Below, in pieces: positions 1 to 8,285 of a DNA stretch of 64,000 nt. The notes beneath the pieces were generated by a model. That model was not told the DNA's origin and ran no database searches. It was given only the letters and a program-made list of their open reading frames with translations. Source of the stretch: Ranitomeya imitator (Eukaryota); NCBI RefSeq assembly GCF_032444005.1, contig NC_091283.1, forward strand, positions 146,630,001-146,694,000, in the 5' to 3' direction. Both the position numbers and the translations under genes were made by a program. Every line of letters begins with the position of its first letter. Position 1 is the stretch's first letter.

Positions 1-1444
1 CGTCAGCCACCCCCATGGTGGATCTAACTGATTTAATCAGCTTGTCCATCTGGTCCAGCGGGAAGCAGAAACGATTAGAATCCTCTTCTGAAGAGGACGC
101 CGAAGAGACAGAGGTTTCTGAATCATTCTCCCTTCTAGGGCCTGCGGACGAATCCGAATCTGAGGCGCTAGGCTCCCTTCTTTTGGAAGGCTCCCCCCGG
201 GACAGGGATTTCAGGGAATCTTTCACTTCCTTCCTGATAATCTCCCTAAGGTTTGATGTAAAATCAGGAGATTCTTCCGCCACCTATGGGAGCGGAGAAA
301 AAGGTTATGTAATTTATCCGGTGCTACCACTATACAGTGCTCCAATCAATCTATTCCCTACCGTCTGCCGCACACACGACTGACAAAGTCTTTCAAAGTA
401 GGCGTCTGGCAAAGGGCAAGCACATAGTGCGCATTCCTTGTTTTTTACCTTACCAGCGCATTTTTTCCCCTAAGGAAATAAACATAGGAATAAGACTACA
501 TCAGGGTACGTTCACGAAGATCTCTTACCCAGGCAGTAGCGGTAGGTACCGGATTACCGGGGGGAGGGGGGGGGGTGTCGGTCCAGATCCTTCTGTTTAG
601 ATCTGCAACTGGGCTGGTTACTGCGTCCGCGGGTCTTCGGCTCCAGCAGAACTTCCGGCTCATCCATAGCTGCAGATGGGCTCACAAGCAGCCCTGCAGC
701 GTTGTTCCCCCGGAACATGTGCAGGTGTGTCCAGAATCCACCCCCCCACGTGCAGATCCTTGCTCCACCCCCCTCCGATCGCTCCCCACCACCACCCCTG
801 CAGGACCGCGGTGTTTCCAGCTAAAGCCGGCCGGCATTTGATTTCCGGTCCCGCCCCGTGCGTCACTTCTGTATCGGACAGTGCGCTCAGGGACGGCGCC
901 GCCGGACCACCCAGCCGCTCGCCGCTGCACCACAGCGGCGATCGCGGCAGAAGCTGGTGTCCGACCCCTGGCTACGGCCTTGCCCCCGACAACCTCCGAA
1001 CCGAAAGGAGCGCAGAGGGGCGCTCCCGGAAGCCTGCACTGCACCGACGAGGACCAGAGGCGGGGAAGACAGAGGCCCAGGAGAGTGAACGGACCCCCCC
1101 GGGGGAGGGAGGAGACCTACTCACCTCGCTGGCCTCGAGACGGATCTCCTCCGGACGCCGCTCCACTCTGCACCGCTCACTGTCGTGGAGTCCTACCCGG
1201 ACCCACCGTGGCACTTCCAGGGACCCGCACTGCCCGATGTAGGAGACCCCCTCGCTACCTGGGTCGGACAGCCGGCCTGGGTATTGATAGGTGAACGAAG
1301 TCATATCTGAAGGGAATCCTGTCCTCCAGGAACAGGAAACCAACTGATGCGTGGGAGAGGTGCCGCCCTTATGTATCTGTAGGTTTCCTGTTCCTGAAGG
1401 GCGGATCCCCTCTCTCCGTAATGCTGTCATGGACGACCGATAAA
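1..1444 (-). mobile_element. DIRS-like (tyrosine-recombinase) retrotransposon, 5' part with gag-like ORF1; runs off the window
   Basis: Minus strand reads GKKCAGKVKNKECALCACPLPDAYFERLCQSCVRQT (469-362), then after a GT..AG gap VAEESPDFTSNLREIIRKEV...SEEDSNRFCFPLDQMDKLIKSVRSTMGVAD (283-1). The CxxC..CxxC plus Ser/acidic layout resembles amphibian DIRS ORF1 as I recall it. Putative 5' terminus TTTATCGGTCGTCCATGACAGC at about 1444. Confidence 0.65.
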
Positions 1445-1627
1445 ATAGATCATCTAACGTTTGTACTAAAGGATTATTACAGACAAACCACAATTATAAC
1501 ATGCGCCCAGGGTGGCCATACCTTACAAGCACAAAATTCCCCTGGCCACAGACTAGCTATGCCCCCCCCCCCCCCATCACACCCACTCCCTGGTAAAATG
1601 TACACAAGGTAGATTTTCTTTAAATTC

Positions 1628-1633
1628 TTTATT
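1628..1633 (-). terminator. RPL7A: RPL7A polyadenylation signal AATAAA
   Basis: TTTATT on the + strand, 34 nt past the TAA stop (1667-1669). Confidence 0.85.
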
Positions 1634-1666
1634 ATGTACAGAACAGATGTGAAGCGGTCAGTACAT

Positions 1667-1771
1667 TTAACCAAGTTTTGTGGCCAGTTCCTTGGCCTTT
1701 GCTTTTTCCAGCTTGACAATTCTGGCCACAGACTTCGGGCCCAAGATGCCTCCTCCCCAGTGACGACGGAT
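1667..1771 (-). CDS. RPL7A: RPL7A exon 8
   Basis: cttacag|ATC CGT CGT CAC TGG... [34 protein letters not shown]; 105 nt. Confidence 0.97.
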   Translation of the reverse strand: MRRHWGGGILGPKSVARIVKLEKAKAKELATKLG

Positions 1772-2124
1772 CTGTAAGAGAAGATAATGGTGTCACCACA
1801 GCATTCAGGACACTTGATCTAAGAACGGTAGCATGGGGGAAATGAACATTCTGGCAGGACGCTCATATAGGTTGGTGTTTGGCCATTCACAAACCATGCG
1901 GTAACTTTATGTGAATGGTGACAGCCACTTGCGGTCTATGAATGGCTCTCACTGGGAGTATGACTGGGTGTCAATGCAGTTTGGGCTGCATCAATTTTGC
2001 ATAAATGTGTTGGAGGGTGAACTTAAACTTAAAAGGGGATCCAAGAGTCTGCTCTCATTGGTGAGAAAAGCCAAATGGTTCTGATCACCAAACAAAGCCA
2101 GACAACTATGGGATGTTTGTTTTG

Positions 2125-2489
2125 CAGGGCTGTGGAGTCAGAGAGCCGGTGACCATTTTGGTGGAGTCGGCATAAAATGGACAGACTCCTAAAACATAAA
2201 TTGGGTACAGTAGTTCAGTGCAGGATGCGCTGGAAGTGTTTTCAGAAGAATTTGGGAAATATCCTATAAATGTATTTTCTGTTCCTGATCAAAGGATCTG
2301 TGTATTTAGTTGAGATGACTGTGCTGCACTTTATGTACATGCTCAGCAGTGACCAGTGCTGTGGGGCCATAGACAAGACGAATCTGTGCTGCATTTTCTG
2401 TACATGCTCAGTAGTGACCAATGCTGTGGAGGTCGAACTCGGAAATGGAGGAGTCAGGGAGTTTAGGGCTTACCGACTCCACAGCCCTG
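2125..2489. mobile_element. Non-autonomous hAT MITE in RPL7A intron 7
   Basis: Ends CAGGGCTGTGGAGTC...GACTCCACAGCCCTG, the same TIRs as the transposase-bearing hAT at 19430-25900. TSD is not clean. Confidence 0.75.
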
Positions 2490-2944
2490 GTTTTTGGGGC
2501 CAAGTTAGAGAACTGTCCAGGTCAGAATGCCCATAAAACTCTCCCAGCACGCACCTTAAAAAGATAGGGTGCTGCAATGGCGCACTGACACCCACTGTGT
2601 ACATTACAGCCAACACTTTATGTAACCAACTGCCAGGGTCAGACATTTTTAAATCTGTTTATTTAACACCTCGGAAAGTGACCAGATGATGAAATTTGGC
2701 CACAATCCATCTCGTAGATCTAGCACTTATGATCCAGAACTGCAGTCACCTCACCACCAAAATGGTAGTCAGAACTGATGTTTGATCATTGGCTGTAAAT
2801 TGACAAGCAGCCAATATGTGACCATCACTTATCAAATCTGGCCATTACAGAGGACAGGACTCCACCATGCAACACCGTTCATGAAAATGGCGCCTAGTCA
2901 TAGCACAGGTGGACAGAAAAGCTCAGTGTTTAAGGAATCTTCAA

Positions 2945-3123
2945 TAGTGATGAGCGCGTATGCTCATTGCTCCGGTGATCTATGAGTATTTGTTAGTGCT
3001 CGGGACATTTCGTTTTCTCCCCTCAGCAGCATGATTTATAGCAGAGTCAACAAAAACTAAATCTCCGAGCACTAACAAATACTCGGAGAAAACCTGAGCA
3101 AAGAGTATACTTGCTCATCACTT
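2945..3123. mobile_element. Short palindromic MITE
   Basis: TAGTGATGAGC...GCTCATCACT termini and an internal inverted pair GAGTATTTGTTAGTGCTCGG / CCGAGCACTAACAAATACTC. Confidence 0.55.
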
Positions 3124-3399
3124 GTCTTCAGTAAACTCATGCTGACAAAACCACAGGCAGCATGAATCTAAGCGTGGCTGCCCGACTGCAGCAAGGTAGA
3201 CACACTCCGAAACACCCTGCGTTTAACGATCGGGCCAGAAGCCATAGGAATAGAAGTTCCTAGTCCTGCAGTGCCTGGCTGAGCTTCCCTTGCACCGCTC
3301 TAGGTGATTGATTATGTTATGTTATGTTTGTGTGTGTGTAGCCCATTCACTATCCCCATCTATTCCCCAACCCCTGAAGATGGCTGGACCATGATTGTA

Positions 3400-3607
3400 A
3401 ATACATCATTGTAAATACACACCTGTACTTTGCATCTCCCCCTCCTCATTGTAGATTGTAAGCTCTGACGAGCAGGGTCGTCTTATTTTGCTTTAATTGT
3501 ATTGTTAACGTTGTTACTTATGACTTTTGTGTTTGAAACTGTTAAACTGTAAAGCGCTGTGGAATATGTTGGCGCTATATAAAGATTATTATTATTATAT
3601 TATTATT
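3400..3607 (+). mobile_element. 3' tail of an L2/CR1-type LINE
   Basis: TGTAAAGCGCTGTGGAATATGTTGGCGCTATATAAAG followed by an (ATT)n tail, resembling L2-type 3' ends. Left boundary approximate. Confidence 0.6.
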
Positions 3608-3750
3608 GATGTGTGCACATAGCCAATCAAGCAGAAGTGCAGGTTTGGGCAGCATAAATTGGACGGATTGTTGTAATTATGTTACATCTGTCACCAGATT
3701 TTCCGCCCCCTCCATCTGAGTATAGCATGATGTAGGGGCAGAAATCCTTA

Positions 3751-4060
3751 GGGTATGTGCACACGTAGGTTGAATCTCTGCAGACTTTTCCGCACCTGTT
3801 TTTGAAAATTCGCAGGTAAACTGCACTGCGGAATTCCCGTGGTTTTTGTGCGGATTCCTATTATGGAGCAGGTGTAAACCGCAGCGGAATCCGCACAAAG
3901 AATTAACATGCTGCAGAATGTAAACCGCAGCGCTTCTGCGCTGTTTTTTCCGTAGCATGTGCACTGCGTTTTTGGTTTTCCATAGGTTTACATGGTATTG
4001 TACAACGCATGGAAACAAGCAGCGGATCCGCAGCAAAATCCACACCGTGTGCACATAGCC
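3751..4060. mobile_element. PIF/Harbinger-type (Tourist-like) MITE
   Basis: TIR GG(G/C)TATGTGCACACG; TTA target duplication at 3748-3750 and 4061-4063. Confidence 0.8.
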
Positions 4061-4866
4061 TTAATCCAATGATTTCACAAGACTGCTTGCTGCAGCCATT
4101 GCTCTCTACCATGCAATCACGAGATTAGGACAGAATAACGCATGGGGACCAGCGACTGAGGACAGAGCCAACGAGCACAGACCAGGAACACCCATCAGAC
4201 TGGGCTGCCCATCAGCATAGGGTGCAGGAGGATGAGGGAAAAAAAAAAAAAAAAAAAGTATTTTCTTGTCTTTCCGTAGAAGCTGTGCACAGGCTAGGAA
4301 AGACAACTTAAGGTTGGTGACCAATTATTTTGTTTTCTGATCCAGGAGACATTTCCTCCTTGAATTTAAAGTTCAGAAGTGTTGTATATACTGGACAAGT
4401 GGAAACTGCAAGTTACAGATATAACACACAGGTCATCCACTACCTATGGTGACAGGTCACCATAGGTAGTGGATGAGGCTTTGAGCCAGACGATCGTGCA
4501 CCAGTGCCATAACTAGGGGTGATAGTGGTCTGAACACAGACATGGTGGAGTCTTCTCCTCTGTGTAATGGCCAGCCCTTATAGAAGATGAAGCATGATGA
4601 CCACATACGAGCTGCCGGATAATGTACACTAGTGCTGCCGTGCAATCCTCACCACTGGGCGAGCAAACAATATGACATTTTACTCATATTGAGCAAAGTG
4701 AAAAAAGCTAAACCATAATCTGGTATCTCTGCGATTGTTATACGTTTATCCTGGGTTCTGCAAACACTGAAAAATTGTACATACACCCTAAAACTCTTGC
4801 CACTAACACCAAACCCTCATAAGGAAGAAACTATCCATCTCCCCCCAGCAGCTGTCACCATCTTAC

Positions 4867-4936
4867 CTCATCGTGTCGTTCATTGTAGTTGGTCTTCACG
4901 GCTTCCACCAGTTTGGATAGGGCACCTTTATCCTCC
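4867..4936 (-). CDS. RPL7A: RPL7A exon 7
   Basis: ctacag|G GAG GAT AAA...GAT GAG|gtaaga; [23 protein letters not shown]; 70 nt. Confidence 0.97.
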
Positions 4937-5083
4937 CTGTAGGACAGAGACAAGGATGAGTTCTCAGTCCAGACCATACTTGACAGATCAAGGTTCACGC
5001 CCAGCCACAATTCAGGTAAAGAAAGTCTGGGAAATAACTGCTGAGAAGTCACAAGGTCAGAGCAGGACAATAGTCATGACTTA

Positions 5084-5215
<132 letters not shown>

Positions 5216-5278
5216 CTAGAAGAGAAGCACAGCATGAGCCAGCGCCAACAGCAGCCACTTGTGCATGCAGCACTTACA

Positions 5279-5363
5279 GGCAGATCGCTCAGGGTTAAAA
5301 AGCTCGAATTGAATCTTCATATTCAGTCAGGTGAAGAAATTCATACATCACTGCAGATCTGCC
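5279..5363 (-). ncRNA. SNORD36: Box C/D snoRNA U36, RPL7A intron 5 (coordinates include terminal stem)
   Basis: C box GTGATGT, D' and D boxes CTGA. Guides complementary to 28S GTGAAGAAATTCA and 18S GTTAAAAAGCTCG. Stem GGCAGATC/GATCTGCC. Confidence 0.93.
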
Positions 5364-5562
5364 CTGCACAAGACCCCCACACATCCAAACTCACTCCCCA
5401 CCCACCATACTTACTAACCCTAGTCCGGTGTAGACAACCCATTATTTCTCAAAAACCCACCCTACTCAGAACTAACAGGCCCCCAAACGCCACCATCGCA
5501 ATGCTTGTACATCCCACCAGCTAGAGTGACACCAACAGGGACTTTGCGTATCACCATCGCAC

Positions 5563-5642
5563 CTCAATGGGATCCACATCATGAGAGATGACTACCAGCT
5601 GGGCTTTCTTGTTCTCCACCAAGGTGGTCACTGTGTTAACAC
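5563..5642 (-). CDS. RPL7A: RPL7A exon 5
   Basis: tttcag|GT GTT AAC ACA GTG...CCC ATT GAG|gtgcg; [26 protein letters not shown]; 80 nt. Confidence 0.97.
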
Positions 5643-5703
5643 CTGAAAGAGAAAGTCATCAGCTGCGCTCATCTCACCCGAGACCCCAAAAAGAACATGG
5701 TCA

Positions 5704-5775
5704 TTGCTCAGGGTTAAAAAGCTCGTGTTTATTCCACACAATGTTTCAGGTGAAGAAATTCTGACATCATCGCAA
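5704..5775 (-). ncRNA. SNORD36: Box C/D snoRNA U36, RPL7A intron 4
   Basis: TTGC stem, C box ATGATGT, D' CTGA preceded by GAATTTCTTCAC (28S guide), D CTGA preceded by AGCTTTTTAACC (18S guide). Confidence 0.94.
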
Positions 5776-5810
5776 TCTGCCACCAAAGCCCCAACCTGTC
5801 CCCCACATAC

Positions 5811-5951
5811 CTGCTCTGATCACAGGGGGTCTCTTTGTTGGGACGTCTCCTTTGCCGGCTGCCTTCTGCTCAGCACGGGCCAGCAGCCGCTTCTTTTTCT
5901 CCAGCTTGGTCTCGGGCCGGTATTTGTGCGCCAGTTTGAAGAGCTGAGTGG
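5811..5951 (-). CDS. RPL7A: RPL7A exon 4
   Basis: [47 protein letters not shown]; AG/GT flanks; 141 nt. Confidence 0.97.
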
Positions 5952-6020
5952 CTGATGAGAGAATGTGCATTCAATGGAGGCAGGGAGACCAACGGGAAAA
6001 GTCACAGGAGCACGGACATC

Positions 6021-6092
6021 GTGCATCAGAGATCTTGGTGGAAAAGTGTAATCACAACTTCTCAGATAGCAAATATCAGACATCATGTGCAC
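6021..6092 (-). ncRNA. SNORD24: Box C/D snoRNA U24, RPL7A intron 3
   Basis: GTGCA/TGCAC stem, C box ATGATGT, ATATTTGCTAT-CTGA and CCACCAAGATCT-CTGA guides complementary to 28S AGATCTTGGTGG..TAGCAAATAT. Confidence 0.94.
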
Positions 6093-6340
6093 GTAAGCCC
6101 ATCACAGATCATCACCATCCCCCACCCTCCCGGAACAGAGCGGCACCAAATGCCCCCCAAGAGGGCATCACCTTACCCCTCTGGGCCAGAGAACACAGCA
6201 GCACCAAACCCACAACAGGGACCAGTGTATCAGCCCCCAAAGGAAAACAAGTCCCCAAGAGATCATTCACCCCGTGCTGCGCTCTCCTGTGCACTGGACA
6301 TTAGTGGTCCTCCCATTTGTCAGTCAACCAGGGTGACCTA

Positions 6341-6598
<258 letters not shown>

Positions 6599-6646
6599 CT
6601 ACAGCTCACAGGTCAGTCGGAGGCAGCGACGGGCAGCACCACTCAC

Positions 6647-6773
6647 CAATGCCAAAGTTCTTAGGCCGCTTCTCGAACAGCGGGTTCACCACCTTCTTCA
6701 CCTCTACCTTCTTCACCACGGAAGGGGCAGGAGCCACCTTCTTGCCCTTCCCCTTCACTTTCTTTCCTTTCGG
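6647..6773 (-). CDS. RPL7A: RPL7A exon 2
   Basis: cgcag|CCG AAA GGA...GGC ATT G|gtgagt; [42 protein letters not shown]; 127 nt. Confidence 0.97.
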
Positions 6774-6812
6774 CTGCGGAGACAAACAACTGAGCAATGG
6801 GGAGACCCCCAA

Positions 6813-7370
6813 CCTACAGGACAAGATGCAGGGCCCACAGACACCCACCCCGACCACACACAGGGCGACACCAGCCTACAGGACAAGATGCAGGGTCCAC
6901 AGACACCCACCCCGACCACACACAGGGCGACACCAGCCTACAGGACAAGATGCAGGGTCCACAGACACCCACCCCGACCACACACAGGGCGACACCAGCC
7001 TACAGGACAAGATGCAGGGTCCACAGACACCCACCCCGACCACACACAGGGCGACACCAGCCTACAGGACAAGATGCGGGGTCCACAGACACCCACCCCG
7101 ACCACACACAGGGCGACACCAGCCTACAGGACAAGATGCAGGGTCCACAGACACCCACCCCGACCACACACAGGGCGACACCAGCCTACAGGACAAGATG
7201 CAGGGTCCACAGACACCCACCCCGACCACACACAGGGCGACACCAGCCTACAGGACAAGATGCGGGGTCCACAGACACCCACCCCGACCACACACAGGGC
7301 GACACCAGCCTACAGGACAAGATGCAGGGTCCACAGACACCCACCCCGACCACACACAGGACGACACCAG
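6813..7370. repeat. 62-bp minisatellite, 9 near-identical copies, RPL7A intron 1
   Basis: Unit CCTACAGGACAAGATGCAGGGTCCACAGACACCCACCCCGACCACACACAGGGCGACACCAG starts every 62 nt (6813, 6875 ... 7309). Confidence 0.97.
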
Positions 7371-7454
7371 CCACAACACCGAGGAGAGCCCCCCATTACA
7401 CAGGATGGCCCCCCAGCCTCATCACACAGCGGTACCAGCGCCTTCCCCGGGGAC

Positions 7455-7530
7455 ACGAGCATCAGAGATCTTGGTGGGAATTGTCATCAGCACCTCAGAT
7501 AGCAAATATTCAGTCACATCATCTGCTCGT
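7455..7530 (-). ncRNA. SNORD24: Box C/D snoRNA U24, RPL7A intron 1 (second copy)
   Basis: 7-bp stem ACGAGCA/TGCTCGT, C box ATGATGT, D' CTGA, C' TGATGA, D CTGA; guides TGAATATTTGCTAT and CCACCAAGATCT. Confidence 0.93.
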
Positions 7531-7760
7531 CCGGCAACAGAACCGTCCGCCGCATGCCGGTACCGTCTCCCGCCCCGAGCACCCGGTGCAGTCAGCCGCC
7601 TGCACAGAAACGCGACTTACGTCCCGGAGAAACAAAATTCCACCCGGGAGAGATGTGGGGGCCTCCACCGACAGCAGCCCGTGGTCAGCGGAGCACAAGA
7701 GCGGCGGCGGCCGGAGGATGGCAGCGGATAGGGAAAGCGGAGGAACAGATGAGCACTCAC

Positions 7761-7763
7761 CAT
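7761..7763 (-). CDS. RPL7A: RPL7A exon 1 coding part (ATG only)
   Basis: CCGTCCGCC ATG|gtgagt; an ATG-only first coding exon is the known RPL7A layout. Confidence 0.93.
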
Positions 7764-7787
7764 GGCGGACGGGGCAGAAAAAGGAAG
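7764..7787 (-). promoter_or_regulatory. RPL7A: RPL7A 5' UTR starting with a 5' TOP tract
   Basis: CTTCCTTTTTCTGCCCCGTCCGCC directly before the ATG, as expected for a ribosomal-protein TCT initiator/TOP motif. Confidence 0.85.
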
Positions 7788-8010
7788 ACTAAAGGATTGT
7801 GGGTAATTTTGTATGGCCTCAGCGATATCGCGACACCTGCAGGAAGAGCGAGATTTGATGCAGATGTGAGTGGCGTGTGAGGAGCGCCCTCTGAAGGCTC
7901 CGAGTGGCGCTGCTGCAACTGGTCAGTGACGTCATGTGGTGGATCACAACGTTGCGCGACGATGTGGTAGCCAATCACAGTGCAGCGGTGCGGAGAGATG
8001 GCGGATGGTG
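7788..8010. promoter_or_regulatory. Bidirectional CpG-rich promoter shared by RPL7A and MED22
   Basis: CRE TGACGTCA 7927-7934, CCAAT box AGCCAATCA 7969-7977, YY1-like AGATGGCGG 7996-8004, between divergent start codons 7763 and 8098. Confidence 0.7.
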
Positions 8011-8097
8011 ACTGAGAGGGGACTCACTGACGGTGAGAGCGCGGGGGAATAGTAGTGCTGCCGGGAAAGCAGACGGCTCCTCATTCCTTCCAGTGTC

Positions 8098-8220
8098 ATG
8101 GCGCAGCTGCGAGTGCTCCCCCAGAGCAAGGAGACGTTACTGCAGTCCTACAACAAGAGGCTGAAGGACGACATCAAGTCTATCATGGACAACTTCACTG
8201 AGATCATCAAGACTGCCAAA
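8098..8220 (+). CDS. MED22: MED22 coding exon 1
   Basis: ttccag|tgtcATG; [41 protein letters not shown]|gtgagg; 123 nt. Confidence 0.97.
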
Positions 8221-8285
8221 GTGAGGAGGATGGGGGTTCTCCGAAACCTGTCCTGTTCTGGGGATTGTGTAATAATAATGAGTGC

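Noticed and set aside
15-383. 122-aa + strand ORF
   Set aside because: Antisense shadow of the DIRS-like ORF1 on the minus strand.
1-1620. SURF1, expected tail-to-tail with RPL7A by synteny
   Set aside because: No SURF1-like exon is visible; the space is occupied by the DIRS-like element, so the gene is presumably outside the window.
2686-2778. ATGATGA ... CTGA pair resembling a box C/D snoRNA
   Set aside because: On the strand opposite to the RPL7A host transcript, with no terminal stem and no rRNA complementarity I could recognise.
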